From Chiloscyllium plagiosum (lineage: Eukaryota), in the NCBI RefSeq assembly GCF_004010195.1, contig NC_057719.1:82531417-82595416 (forward strand): a stretch of DNA of 64,000 nt. Direction: 5' to 3'. Position 1 is the stretch's first letter. Each line of letters starts with the position of its first letter. Positions 1 through 13,177 of this stretch are shown here, piece after piece. A model generated the notes under the pieces. The model ran no database searches, was not told where the DNA came from, and saw nothing but the letters and a program-made list of their open reading frames with translations. Made by a program: the position numbers and the translations under genes.

Positions 1-610
1 ATTATTTTTTGCTCCTGCCTTTACATTTCCAATTCATTGCATTGACCCAAGCTTGATCCCTCACTCCTGTTTAATTTAAAACCCTCTTTGCTTCCTTAGT
101 TCTTTTGCTAAAACACTGAACCCAGATAAGTTCGAGTGCAATCCGTTCCAATGGTGCAGCCCCCATTTTCCCTGCTGTCAGTGCCCGTAAACTGGAACAT
201 GCTTCTCCCACAGCTGTGTTTTGAGCCATGTATTTATTTCGCCAATCTTACATACCTTTTTGCTAATTGGTATCAGGCTGACTTGAGATTCTACTGTTCA
301 GCTTGGTTTGTGCATCCTCATACTGTTCAAGTAGAGCCTCTTTCCTTGTTCTGTCTATGTCATTGGTACCTAATGAACCATGACAACTTAACTCCACTCC
401 CCACACTTAAAGTCCTACTCTGCCTGAACACTGGCCTTTTGTTTGTACAGAACTGTCAATGTGCCCTGCAGTATGCCATCTCAGACTGTTACTACATTTC
501 CTTTATGCTCTCCCCACTTGAATAGATTTGTGTACCACCATGCCATGGTCAGTTATATCATCTAATCTCCTATGGAAACAAACATGTAAACACTTGGAAC
601 TGTCAATCCA
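1..610 (-). mobile_element. Degenerate CR1 LINE ORF1 (SGNH/esterase region) fragment
   Basis: Reverse complement of ~120-230 resembles the ORF1 segment translated at 36813-37016 (WCGR..FMGHWHQY..LFRWDGL); heavily decayed, boundaries approximate. Confidence 0.55.
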
Positions 611-1016
611 GTACAGATGATGTTAGGTTGTAAAATCAGTATTGCAACAGAAGTCCTGTGATGGTAGTCTTTGAATCTTAGTCTCGGAGTGAAATAGAAA
701 TCACTGGTTTAATTTTGAACCATACAACTTTTGACAAATGATTAATCTTGTATCAGCTTTGACAGTTCCAATGAGTCTTAATAGTTCTTGATCAGCTTTG
801 GCAGTACCACTGAATTTATTCACATTTTATGCACAAACATGATCACTTTTACCAATCTCAGAGGGTACCTGGCCTCTCCCAAAGGTGTCTTGAAACCATA
901 TCCAAAAGAGTCCTGTAACACTCGAGCAAATCCACAAGCTTCAGGCATACTGAGACGAGATCTAAACTGCTCACTTCAAAATTCAAATATCTAACTCAGC
1001 AAACTTTGGGAGGAGT

Positions 1017-1205
1017 GAAATAAAAACAAAGTATTACTTTAAAAAAACTCAGCAAATGTAGTAACATCTGTGGAGAGAGAAACAACATTCTGCGTCCAAT
1101 ATTACTCAGAGTTCTAAAGAAGAGTCATACTGGTGTCTCAAACTTATCTCTTTGTTTCTCAACCTGCTGAGTTTCTCTAGCACTTTCCGTTTGTACTTTT
1201 TATTA
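1017..1205. repeat. Foldback of two inverted Penelope-like termini, degenerate
   Basis: Left arm aaactcagca...catctgtggagagagaaaca; right arm tgtttctc...cctgctgagtttctctagcactt; centre ttctaaagaagagtcatactgg resembles a decayed CTGANGA core. Confidence 0.6.
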
Positions 1206-1333
1206 TTTGTGTGCAGAGAAAATTCTGGTTTTCTAATTTGTCTGTTAGTCTTTACCAAATTCTAACCTCTGCATTGTTTTCTAGCCCCTTTTCTAACTCC
1301 GATTTAAAGCAGGCTGCTCCCAATTATATAGGT

Positions 1334-1460
1334 AAAAACAATGACTGCAGATGCTGGAAACCAGATTCTGGATTAGTGGTGCTGGAAGAGCACAGCAGTT
1401 CAGGCAGCATCTGAGGAGCAGTAAAATTGACTTTTTGGGCAAAAGCCCTTCATCAGGAAT
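1334..1460 (-). mobile_element. Penelope-like element terminal fragment with mutated hammerhead core
   Basis: Closely similar to 40722-40815, which adjoins Penelope RT sequence. Minus strand reads attcctgatgaagggcttttgcccaaaaagtc (GAAA mutated). Confidence 0.8.
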
Positions 1461-2923
1461 AATTTTCTTTTCAACTTCTGTGTAGAGTTCTGTTGATAAT
1501 TTGGCGCAGTACCACCAAAGTATGCATTGCCACCGATATCATACTTCTGTTGAAAGCACTAAACGATGGCCTTGTTCCAGCAATTAATATGGGGGTTATA
1601 AAATACGAAGGAACAGCTCGAAGTGATTAGCAATGCTTGAAATTATATTGTTTCTGAAACATAAGTTCTGTAAGCATTAATTTTTCCTTCAGCCTTTGTT
1701 TTATCTGCTCTGTTAAAATGGAAATGTTTTTTGAAAAGTTCATTCTTGCGATATGACATTGTGATAAGATGAGTTATTGTCCATTCCGAAATACAATGAG
1801 AATAAGGTGGTTTGTTTTATTTCTGAGCTGTTCCTGCCAAGTTAAGACAACTGGTGTCCTTGGTCTTTGGTGAATTTATGACAATAGGTTTGTGGTTACT
1901 TTCATTGATACTAAAATTTTGGGTGGGACTGAATTAAAAATGTAGGCTGTTATTGAATTCGAACTCATGAAAACTTGATAATATTCTACTACTACTCCAT
2001 CCTGTAATAATTAGGGTATTTTTGTAAAAAAAAATTAAAGTGGTAAACCTACAACATTATTTATCTACATTTTCATGTCTCACATCATTTGTGCACAAAT
2101 GATGTAGGATGCTTCATTGGCCTATTCAGACTATGTTCCTATACACCGATTTTCAGGGCTCACAAAGCCAGTCAGTGACAAAGAAGCAGAAACTACTGGC
2201 TCAAGATGGCCTTAGGTAACACTGCTTGCGGGCCAAGAGGAGCCTCTTCCTGCTCCTTCTAGGAGTGTTTGCTTTCCTACTTCTGATTTATGATCACTGC
2301 CATGCCTCCTTTAACTTGACAAGATCGCTCAGATCCTGACTTCCTTTTTGCCCAAAACTCTGGCCTGTAAACCATTTTTCACTGACCATCCTTTATGTCC
2401 TAGCTGTGGCAACTCCATTACGTTGACTTTCTTGCTCGACAGCTGTGATAGCCATCCTGTTAGTTTGGCCAATTGACAGGCAGAAACTGCAAAAGACCTG
2501 CATTCAGGTCTCACCTTTTTACCATGTTCCCAGCTTTCATATATTTTCTGGCTGTTTTCACCCTTACCAAAGCAACTTGCATTCATATCACTCCTTTAAC
2601 CTAGCATAACATCCTAAGACGTTTTACAAAAGTGACTACCAATCAATATTTTGCATCAAGCCACATAGAGAAATTAAGAGTAGCTGGCCAAAGACTTGAT
2701 CAAATAGTTAAGTTTTAAGGAATGCCTTGAAGGAAAGACGCTTTGAGATCTTTGGAGCTGGATAACTGAAGTGAACACTGGCATTGGTAAACCTATGAAA
2801 AACAAGTGTGGTTAGGAAGCCAGTTTTTTTTTCATGAGTTGTGTGCATTGCTGAAAGACCAACATTTATTGCCCATCTCTCATAGTTCTTGAAAAGATGG
2901 CGGTGAGTCATATTTTTCATCAA

Positions 2924-3099
2924 TGTATGAATTATTAATACACCACGAGTTAGGCCAGTAGCACTTGAACCAGGAGCCATTTATTACACACCTTTTATAG
3001 CTACACAATCAGACCTAGACTGACCCACAGCTCCTGTTTCAGGTCACCTGGATCACTCTATTAATGGAGCAGCAAGCACACCCAAGTACATACATAACA
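2924..3099 (-). repeat. 3' LTR of the Ty3/Gypsy element
   Basis: TGT...ACA termini. On the minus strand there is a TATA-like ctataaaagg (3000-2991) and AATAAA (2985-2980), and a purine-rich tract (aaagtgggtatga) immediately precedes the LTR. Confidence 0.65.
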
Positions 3100-5620
3100 T
3101 CATACCCACTTTATTCAAAAATTTTCATTGATATACATAAATACAGCAATTGTAAATATTATAAACCTATTGTAGCCAACATATGTACATAGTGTGGAAT
3201 ATTTACAAAAACATAGGAAGCATTGTGAGCTCCACACCCCCCACCACAATCCCAAGCATTGCTTTCATAGTCTACATTGAAATGATTAATCTCTTAGATG
3301 GATGGTGGTTTTTAGATGCGTCTAATCTAAGGAGCCTTTCTGGTGTAGTCTACCACACTTCTAAAAGCTCCTACTGTTCAGCAGATGTTTTCCTCTGTGA
3401 TTGGCTGCTATTATCCTTTGAATCATCTGTTTCGTCTCTAAATTTGGCCAACACTGTCTTGGAGACATATGACTTGGTTGACACTGCAGGTTCCATCTGG
3501 CCCATGTCTCCTCTAGACCAGCTCATCCCTGGTCTGCACCTTATACAGCGGCAGTCCTGCTTGAACTACCCCTGTTGCTGGAATCATTTCTCCCTAGACA
3601 TATTATTTCTGACCAAGATTGTCTCTTTTTCTTTTGTGGAATATCCCTTCTGGCCACCTGTCCCTCTTGATTACGCTGTACCATCTGTCTGGTCTCTTTT
3701 GGCCATAGCAAGTCACACACAGTTCGTGGCTGATATTTGAATATGAAAGATATCAGCAAACACTTGGTCGAATGTGACATTATGATATATGCTGAGGAAA
3801 CTTGTTGATTCACTGACCTATCAAACACTCCCTTTGGGAGACTTTCAAAAGTTGCTTCAAGGTCTGTACAAGTCTCTCCATCTGGTCATTTATCGCTGGG
3901 TGATGTAGAGCGGATCTTGTCTGTCTGACTCCATGATATTTCAGGTACCCTCCAAACTCTTTTGCGAGAAACTGTGGACCTTTGTCACTCATAATTTGTT
4001 CAGGGATCCTAAGCATGGCAAATATTTCATCCAGTCGGTCTACCGTTACTTCTGCTGATACCGGCTTCATGACCACCACCTCGGGCCACTTGGAGTGGTC
4101 ATCCACATTTGTCCCTCTGCTGCTCCTGTGAAATCACAATTTTCTGCTGCCTTGATAGTTGAGAACATTCCCTTGCGTGAGGGGATGATAACAGCAGCAC
4201 CTTCCTTACTAATGAGCAGAATTCACATTCTCCTCAATCTGGGAGTCCACGCTCAGCCACCAAAAATAGCTTCTTGCTATTTCTTCTGCACCACACCAGG
4301 GTGCCCTTGGTGCACTTGTTCCAGCATGTTTTCTTCTTTAATGGGGAAGGAATGACAACACTCGCGTCGTTCTGGGGAAGGATTCCAAACACGTACCTTG
4401 TCTTCCTGTGATAACTACATAATGTTCAGTCCCAGTTGGACACCTCTGTATCCCTCAGTAGTGGCAGCCCTGACGAGTCATTTGCATCGCTGTGCTTTTC
4501 TCTGTATTGGTGTCTGATTTCATATGTGTAGACTCACAGAGCCAGTACCCATCTCTTTGCTGCTACCATTGACCATATCCTTATATGCAAGCCAAAAATG
4601 AAGGTTAGCGGCCTGTAGCGATCAACAGCACGAAGTGCCTGACGTAAAGTTGTTAGGAGAACTACTTAACACTGAAACGATGCCCAGTTTTTATTTTTAA
4701 CTTTTTGTCACCTGTTCTCGACTTGGGCATAGTTCTCCTCCCACTTTATTAATAACCTTGATGAGAATCCAATGGGCTTCTCCTCCATTTGGTGAGATGT
4801 GTGACAGTACAGTGCCAGCTCCATAAGGCAAGATGTCACATGCTAACAGTAATGGTAACCTTGGGTTGAAGTGAGTTAACACTTTTGACCTTTTTAAGGC
4901 TTGCTTCACCTCATGGTAAACCTCCTTGCATGGCAAATTCCATTTTCACAGCTGTCCTTTCCTGAGCAACTTATGCAAGCATTTTAGTATAGTTGTCAGA
5001 TGCAAGTCAAGCTTAGTAATAATTTACTAAGTCCCAAGAATGATCTCAGTTGAGGCACATTCTCTGATCTAGGGGCCTTCATGCTAACCTCCATCTTGGG
5101 CAACTTATGTAGTCCTTCAGTGTTGCTTTGATGCCCAAGTACTCAATTAAATCCCTAAAAGAGATCACTTATTTCTCTCTTTTTACTTGTAGACCATACT
5201 TCTGCAACTTTTTAAGGGTTTCATTGAGGTTTCTCAAATGCTCCTATGGACTCCAGACAACCCACTTAAAATTTGGCCTATGGCATTCTGGAGTAGAGGT
5301 AGTGCTGACTTGACAACGAAATAGAGACACCTTTAGCAGAAAAGTCCCTGAGAGTCTGTATTGTTAGCAACAACTGAGACCTCTTCATGGACCTGCAACA
5401 GATCCATTTTAGAGAATTTCTTTCCTCCCACCAGTCCGCGGAATAGATCTTTCATGAATGAGAGTGGATGTTGTTCCATGGCCTTAAAAGTCACCACAAA
5501 TCCTCGCTGCATCATCTGCTTTTAAAACTGGAATACTTGGAGTAGCTCATTCGCTAGTGGTTACTGGTTCCAATGTTTCCAGATTCATCGGCTGTTTCAG
5601 TTCTGCCTCAACTTCAGATA
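3100..5620 (-). mobile_element. Degenerate Ty3/Gypsy pol remnant (RT-RNase H-integrase), 5' truncated
   Basis: ORF fragments in Gypsy order: RT (GGKKFSKMDL, 5333-5515), RNase H (VLTHFNPRLPLLLACDILPYGAGTVLSH, 4697-4936), integrase core (DDHSKWPEV...IPEQIMSDKGPQF...HPAINDQMERLVQTLK, 3810-4106). Many stops and frameshifts. Confidence 0.9.
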
Positions 5621-5854
5621 GCTTTTTTTAAAATTTCTGACCAGCCTGTCCTCTCACAAAACAAGAACAAAATAGTCCTTTGATTCTTTGAAACATTGCA
5701 ACTTAAGGTAGTACACACTTTGGAAGCTGGCTTCAAGACCAGGTCTTCTAGTCTGTGGTCTGTAGTTCTTGGGTATAATTGATCATTGTTGAACAATGGC
5801 CACCTTTGTTCAGTGAATACTTAAGTATTGTGTACTCTGTCATTCTTGCACACC

Positions 5855-6510
5855 AGAGTAAAATTTCAAAATTTGCTGATGATGCCTAACTTGGGAGTTG
5901 TGGCAAACATTGATGATGACATAAATTGACTGCACCAGGACATGGCTATTCCAATGGGCACTCAAGTGGCATGTGGAACTTAATTCAGAAAAGTGTGAGG
6001 TTTAAGTTTTTGCAAGAGAGATATTTAGCCTAATTATTGACTTAATGAATAGCACAGAGACTGGGATGTTCCTTGAAGTGGCAGGAAATATTGAAAGAGT
6101 AGTTAGTAAAACATTTAGGATCTTGGGCTTTTATCTTTATAGATTGTGTGCTAAAGCAGATAGGTTGTGCTGATTCTCTATTAAGTTTTAGTTGGGCCCG
6201 AACTAAAATATTGCATCCAGCCTGGTCCCCCATGCTTCATTAAAATGTGAGGGGACACATTTAGACACTGCAGAGGGGACTTAACAGAATGGTGCTAAGG
6301 ATGAGGACATTTCAGCAATAAAGGATGGATTTTAACCACAAGGTGAGGTGACAGAGACTGGTTGTGGAAGTGAAGACTATTAATGATTTCTAAAGGAAAT
6401 TGAATGGGTTTTTGAGTGAAATACATTTAGTGAGATGGAAATACAGTAGTGGAATTAGACTAACTAGATTGCGCAGAATTGATGAGTTGACTTGTCTGCT
6501 GTACTGCTTT
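5855..6510 (+). mobile_element. Old CR1 LINE 3' fragment
   Basis: aaatttgctgatgat (KFADD RT motif) at ~5870 followed by decayed CR1 C-terminal sequence. Confidence 0.7.
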
Positions 6511-6875
6511 TAGATTTTCAATCTTCTCATTTAACTTGGACAGTTCTATTTGAATTTCTTTCCTATGTCAAGAAATTTAATCTGACTGCAACCACTCTCT
6601 GGGAAAGAATTAAGGAATAATCTCAGAATAAGATGTTTTAAAGTATCGGGGAGAGTTGTTTGCTTACAGACATCTAATAGTTTATTGATGGTTTCTGGTT
6701 GTTAAAATGTATCTGAGTAGTGAAAATGTTTTTAAGAGTGAGGAGACCTTAACAATTGTGATCTGAATTATATCACCAAAAGTTAACCTTTATAGAGATT
6801 GTGTTATGTGCATGACCTGAGCATATCATTCAAAACTCTTTTTAAAAAATTAATCATTTTGTTTGGCTTATCTAG

Positions 6876-7510
6876 TGTTGGACTTTGAGAAATTGGAAGA
6901 TTCTGAGAGTGATTCAATGTCACCAAATCCTTCTGAGATGTGCAAATCAAAGAAGACCCAGGATATGGACTTGGATGCGCAATGTGATAGTCCTCAGAAA
7001 GAGCCTGCAGAATGTCCATCAGCAGAGCAACAGACAGTGGAGTCTAAAAATGCACCTAAGCTGATTGAGATAATTTCAAATTGTAATTGGGAAGCAGAGC
7101 GTGCAAATATCCTTAAAGTGATTGCATGCCACACCGTCAATAAAGGGACTTCGGAGAAAATATATACTGGGAACTTCCTTGTTGAGATCATGTCAAATTG
7201 TGAAAACAACCAAGTCCTTTCACCTGAAGGTGTACCGATTTATAGCTCCTTAGTGAAGATTACTCAGCCAGGAATCAGGGAGAGAGAAGGAAAAATGTCA
7301 GTTCACACGATGTCCATTCAGAAGGTCTCCCAATCCTCTGGGCGCAAGCTGCCTGAAACACGACCAATTGCACCAAAAGAAACATCTAACAGTCACATTA
7401 CAGGGAAAAGTCAGCTAACCAGCTTTCATTTAAGCTCGCAAGTGGCTAATAAGGGAAAGCCAGTATATGATGCTGATTTGCCTGCTTCCAATAAGACCGG
7501 CTTGATCCAG
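6876..7510 (+). CDS. MGA: MGA coding exon (first identified in window; phase 1 start, phase 0 end)
   Basis: Acceptor tctag/TG, donor CAG/gtatgt. Encodes KLIEIISNCNWEAERANILK...PIYSSLVKITQP, matching recalled MGA KLIEIISDCNWEEDRNKIL...VYSSRVKISMP. The acceptor is less certain than the donor. Confidence 0.88.
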
Positions 7511-7768
7511 GTATGTAGAAGGAGGGGAGAGGAAGGTGATGTAGTTCACATACAGCTTAAAGCTGTAATATCTCATTTGTAAATGAAATGAAGTACTATT
7601 AATTCATATAAAACAAATGTAAACCAAGTTAAATATTAATTTCCATAAAATATTTTTGAATTTTAAAATTATTTCTGTTGACAGACTTTCCTATCACTGA
7701 TAGACCGTTTTGGGACTGTTGAACAAGTTTTCCCATTTCTCTATTTTGTCTTTATTTCTTTTGATTAG

Positions 7769-8024
7769 GTCAGTGGAAATGAAAATAGTGAGACAAAGTT
7801 GACACTAGGTCAGGTTGGAGCACTGCATTCAGTTAATAAGGTGATTGCTAACCTTAAAAGAACATTGAAGTCCACTGAATTATTTGAGAAACCTTTCTCA
7901 GAAACAACTATCTTTTCAAACACAACTCAACCTGCCTCAAAGCAACCAATTTCTTGCACCATATCCATTGACCGCAAAGAATCTCAAAATACCATTGATG
8001 CTACTTCTGGTAACAAAGCCACAG
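7769..8024 (+). CDS. MGA: MGA coding exon (phase 0-1)
   Basis: Pyrimidine tract + ttag/GTC; donor CAG/gtaagg; VSGNENSETKLTLGQVGALH; phase-consistent with neighbours. Confidence 0.9.
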
Positions 8025-8842
8025 GTAAGGATGATTCCTGAAAAAATTACAGATCAACAAACCATGGATTAATAGTTAATTAGAAGTAGTGAAAAATGCA
8101 GGGATCTAACTGACATGGAACAGAACGTGATGGCCATGTATTAGATAATTGTAATTTAACTCGAGTTAGAAAAAATTTAAAGGTTGAATCTCTTTTTCAA
8201 GTAATGTTATGCTACACATTCTTTAGGTTCCCTGGGCCAGATAGTGTATGGGCTGTAACGGGGCATTCCTCCATGATATCATTGAAGGACACTGCACTTT
8301 AAAGTAACTCCTGGCATTGTCTTCCCCCAGGGGATTAGCAAAACTCAGCACCACCAGGAACAGTGCTGCGCAAAAATAGAGGTTTATACTACATTGTATG
8401 GAATAGTAAAACTAGTGGACATGAGATGATTAAATTGTGTTGAGATAGTTGACTTTTGTTATGGTGTTTTCTGTTGTCTGGTTTAGGAGGGGAGTTGGTC
8501 TTTTAATGCTTCAATGTTTACAGAAGGAGCACAGTAGTGAATAGTAAGATGGAACGTCTAAGGGTGCCATAATGTCAGAACTACAGTTGAAAGCCACATT
8601 TCTCAAGGTCAATTAGAAATGGGTAATAAGTGGTGGTTTAGCCATTCTTCTTTATCAGCCAATTCCTAGCCAATCTGACCAGCTGCTGGACAGGATAGCT
8701 AGGAGCAGGAGGGTTAGCATAATAATAATTGAAATAAGAATGCAATTTACCATGCTCCTGACAGCTTTCTGTGCTATTCATTATAACCAGGTATCAATTT
8801 TTTTGTTTTTACTTATTCTGAACCTTCCTTTCTTGTTTTCAG

Positions 8843-9418
8843 GCAGTCATGCAATACCTGATAGCTACACTCGCCTTGTAATAAAGAAAGATGGAGGTCT
8901 GCAAAAGTCGAATTCCTGCTTCAGTTCATTGCAGCCAGTGCTTGGCAGACAGCAGGGTGGAACTCCATTGTCCACATTACCAGCAGTCAGCATTACTACA
9001 CCAACTGGTACTTCTCTAATATCAACATTAATGGTTATGGCAGCTGCCCCAAACACACTCCCTGTTATAGCTGGTCAATCACAAAGCAATGACTTGTCTG
9101 TTTCAGTAACCACTGGTAACTGCTCCCCAAAGAACTCACAGACCACAGGTGCTATAGGGCCACCATCTTCTGCACTACTGGCAGTAAAGAGACTTTCAGA
9201 GCAGAGAGATGTATCTACAAGTGAAATTGAAACTCCTGCGAAAAGTACAGCAACAACTCTAGTTGCAGTGATCTCAGCAAGTGCTTCAGGAGTCAGGACA
9301 ATGTTATCTCCAGTGATCTCGCCCAGCTCCTCTACCATGACCACTGTTGCTCTAACCAATACTGTGAATACAAAAACAACCATAATGTCAGTATCCGCAA
9401 CACCAAATAATACCACAG
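8843..9418 (+). CDS. MGA: MGA coding exon, Ser/Thr-rich (phase 1-1)
   Basis: ttttcag/GC acceptor, CAG/gtatgc donor, open frame, phase-consistent. Confidence 0.9.
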
Positions 9419-10202
9419 GTATGCTTCACTTTTATTTATATAGCTGTACAATTGGCATTTGAGTTAGATTTCTGTTTGTTTCATTGTAAGATTCAAGATC
9501 ACTGATGAACAGGGCACTTAGAGAAAAGAGGAAATCTTAACACCTTAGTCTGTTGAGGGCCGAAAAAGTTCAAAATAGTGAAAAGCCTTAACCTGGCCTG
9601 CCACAATTCTATCTACTTTTGATTTGATGTAACATGGAGGCTGGCAAGTAATCTAATCTTGGGAGGCAGACTGGTGACTGTAACATGTTAACGTACCCGG
9701 AGCTCCAGATTTTAGCAACACTTTGGACTTCAACAGCTGTCAATTGGGTTTCCTAGGTCTTGGGAAATCTGGCAACTGAAGAGATGAGAAAACTGCCATT
9801 TCAAGCAGCTAAGTGCTTTTCCAGGATTCTGTACTGAAATTTTTTCCTATCAAATCTTTCAAAACAGATCTGAATCTGTTTGATTGTCATTACACACCCG
9901 CATCTCAAAACATCCTTATTCAGCCTGAGATGGTTGCTGGATGGAACTCAGCAAGACCATCACCATATCTGGATTTTCCCAGTTGCTGCATTCTGTAAAT
10001 GTTGGAGTAAAAATGCCCATTTGAAATCCTTAATCCATATCCCTGTTATGTTATGCATTCCTTGTGTTGCTGCTGTTCTCCTCTCACCTACCCGCCCCCT
10101 ATTTTAATCTTGCCTGCACGCTGCAATGAGATTAGAGCTGTAGACATTCTTAAAGCTTGAGTCTTGGTTTTAGCCAGTTTATGTCTCAAAAGCAATTTAT
10201 TC

Positions 10203-10401
10203 AAATAAAAGTAAAGTACTGCAGATGCTGAAGATCTGAAATAAAAACAAAGTGCTGGAGAAACTCAGGTGTGACAACATCTGTGGAACAAGAAAAAGTT
10301 CACCTTTTAAGTCTAGTATGACTTCTAAAGAGTTCTTGAATTCAATGTTAACTCTTTCTCCACAGATGCTGCCAGATCTGAATTTCTCCCAACTTTTGCT
10401 G
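10203..10401. repeat. Foldback of two inverted Penelope-like termini
   Basis: Arms ggagaaactcag...catctgtgga and tccacagatgctgccagatctgaatttctcc; flanked by the direct repeat aatttattc (10194-10202, 10402-10410). Confidence 0.7.
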
Positions 10402-10829
10402 AATTTATTCGAGAATGCTTAAAAGTTCTGTGAACCTAATACTTTACATAATGTGGCAACACTCAAAATGTTTAGTGTTGCCGATGGATTGAGTGCCTAT
10501 GTCCAAAACGTAGTGTGTTCCCAAAGTAAACTATTCAAGGAAAATTTAAAAAGTATAATTTAGTTATAGGAACACACATCAAAACCATTCAGTGGTCAGT
10601 CTCAACTTCTGCTTTGCCAATTACTAATAATTCTAACTTCTTGATGAGAAAGCATAAAGGAAAGCCTGTTAACTTTTAGTCTCTACTTCAGGGGAAACTT
10701 TCCCTGATATCAAACTCTAGGTTTTTTTTGTCATTTAATTACATGATATAGAATTTGCTGGATAGGCCAGCATTTCTGGTGCCGATCACCCTTGTGAAGT
10801 TGATGGTGAGTTTCTTCCTTGAACTGCAG

Positions 10830-11610
10830 TTTTGATCTCGTTATTTCAGAAAGGATATTATTGCCTTGGAGGAAGTGCAATGAAAAATTATACCTGGGAT
10901 GGGGTGGGAGAGACCTATGAATAGAGATTGGGCAAACTGGACCTGTATTCTCTAGAGTTTTAAAGAATGAGCGGTGAACAGTACTCCCAAGATTTCAGGT
11001 CATTCTTGGTCCAGTACCTCATAGTGCCACCAACCAGCATTCTGTTCAGCATTAAGGACAGCACGGTGGTTCAGTGGTTAGCACTGCTACCTCACAGCAC
11101 CAGGGACCCAGCTTCAATTCCAGCCTCTGGCAACTGACTGTGTGGAGTTTGCATGTTGTCCCCATGTCTGCATGGGTTTCCTCCTACAATCCAAAGATGT
11201 GCAGGTCAGGTGAATTGGCCATGTTAAATTGCCCATAGTGTTGTTGGGCCAAAGAACTAGGGAATCTAATCTAATCTAATTGAGACTTACAGAATACTTA
11301 AAGGGATAAACAGTAGATGCAAGTGAGATGTATACCTTGATTGGGACGTCTAGAACCAAGAGAAAAAATTTAATAGAAGGGGATTGCATTTAGTACTGAG
11401 GTAAGGGCAGCAAATGTTTGAAGTTCTCTATCCTAGAAGACTGTGGAAGTTCAGCTTTTGAGCGTATTTAAATTGGAGGTTGATAAATTTCTGATGGTCA
11501 GTGGTGTAAAGGGTTATGGGGCAAGTGTGATAAGAAGCATTGAAGTTTTGGTCAGCTGTGTTTGTATTAAATGGTGGGAAAGGCTCAACAGGCTGGTTTA
11601 TTTCTGTTCC
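10830..11610 (+). mobile_element. CR1 3' fragment interrupted by a SINE
   Basis: agaaaggatattattgccttggaggaagtgca...tattctctagagttt is typical CR1 C-terminal sequence; resumes after 11280. Confidence 0.7.
11056..11280 (+). mobile_element. tRNA-derived SINE (HE1-like)
   Basis: A-box tggttcagtgg, B-box-like gcttcaattcc, core gtgtggagtttgca, (aatct)n tail; same family as 23261, 50644 and 51429. Confidence 0.85.
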
Positions 11611-11619
11611 TAACTGATG

Positions 11620-12430
11620 CAAGTGGCAGGTGCACATACACTACTGTTTAAAGAGGGAGTTCCAAGATTCTGACCTAGCATCTTGCTATTCCTTCACATA
11701 TAATTCCACATCAAGATGATGTGTGACTTAGGGAACTTGCAGGTGATGGTGCTTCCTTGTATCTGCTGCCCTTGTCAGAGGTTTTGAAGGAGCTGTGTTG
11801 AATTGCTGCAGTGCATCTTGTAGATGTTACACACTAATGTCACTATATTGTACTGAATAGCGTGAATGTTGAAGATGGTAGATGGGATGCCAATCAACTA
11901 GGTTGCTGTATCCTTTGTTGCTTTGAGTACTTTTGGAGCTATAGCCATCCAGGAAAGTGGAGAGAATTTTGCTCATGCTCCAGAGTTGTATCTTGTAGTT
12001 GGTGGACAGACTTTGGGGGTTAGAAGGTGAGTTACTCACTTCAATATTCCTGGCCTCTGACCTGCTTTTGTCTGATTAGGATATTGACTCCAAGTGGATT
12101 CAATAATGGTAAGATCTTTGAATGTCAAGGGAAACTGTTAGATTCCTCCTTGTTGGAGATGACCTGGCACTTTGTAATGCAGGTATTTTGTCACTTGCCA
12201 CTTCTAGATGAAGCCAAAATGTATCTGGGTCCTGGTGCATCAGGATAAAGATTGCTTCAGTATCTGAGGATGTGTGACTAGTACTGAACACTTTGTGATC
12301 ATCAGTGAATGTCCCCACTTCTGCCTTTATGGTGGAAGAAAGGCCATTATTGAAGCAGTTGAAACTGAGGAGCTCCTGCAGTAATGTCTGAGGCTGAAAT
12401 AATAATCTCCTATAGTTATCCTCCATTGCT
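11620..12430 (-). mobile_element. Fragment of the second (non-CR1-ORF1) APE-RT LINE family, 3' region
   Basis: Minus-strand AEVGTFTDDHKVFS (FADD-like motif, ORF 12100-12438); similar to the reverse complement of 20600-21500. Confidence 0.7.
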
Positions 12431-12874
12431 AGCTCCACTTTCCACCCATTGGATTGGGCCCAAGATGATTTGGTTCTTCAATATTTTTAAGTTCCTCCTA
12501 GTAATTATAGCCTCAAAAATCTCAATTTAGTCCAAGAAAGTCTGCCACCTATAAAGATATATAAAGGTTGTATACTTTCAGTGACTCTGAATATTAGTTC
12601 AGGATTTATTTCACTAAGTGCACCATTATCTCTGTAACTTTGCTTTTCCCTTACTTTCCTATCATCTTGACAATTTCCTTTCCTACCCTGAAGAGCTTGC
12701 CTGTGTGTTGCCACTATTCGACAAATGCTGACCAACTCTTTGGTACCTCACTGCAGAGCTGACTCTTCCACTTGTGCATTATTTAAGACATGTCTTTACA
12801 TCAGCATTTCTATAATTGTAACTAAATAGATTTGAGTGAATCAAACTAACTAATGTGGTGTTTTGTTATGTCAG

Positions 12875-13177
12875 GGATACCTAGACAGCCTGAAGCTGCC
12901 AATTCAGTTACATCTGATTCTTCTAAAGCTGTGAAAACCAATGGACCACGGTTGCTTTTGATCCCAGCACAGTCTAGAACATCTTCTATCCGGCCTGTCC
13001 AGAATCTGCAACTCTCACCTGGGCAGAAATTGATACTACAGCCCCTAAAATGTCCAGATGGGAACCTCTTCCGACATCCAAATGGCCAGATCATTCAACT
13101 TGTGCCTTTAACAAATGTTGGTTCTGGGGCTCGTCCAAATCTCCACCAGATGGTCACACTTAACCTACGGAATCCAG
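12875..13177 (+). CDS. MGA: MGA coding exon (phase 1-1)
   Basis: tcag/GG acceptor, CAG/gtgaat donor; PRLLLIP...GQKLILQP...LFRHPNGQIIQLVPL matches a conserved MGA block. Confidence 0.93.

Noticed and set aside
2157-2215. Possible MGA micro-exon (tttcag/GGC...TAG/gtaac; GSQSQSVTKKQKLLAQDGL)
   Set aside because: The only open frame ends in phase 2, but the next exon (6876) needs phase 1, and there is no recognisable MGA motif. It would need RNA-seq.
3183-3740. 185-aa plus-strand ORF
   Set aside because: Antisense to the Gypsy remnant; no splice context or recognisable domain.
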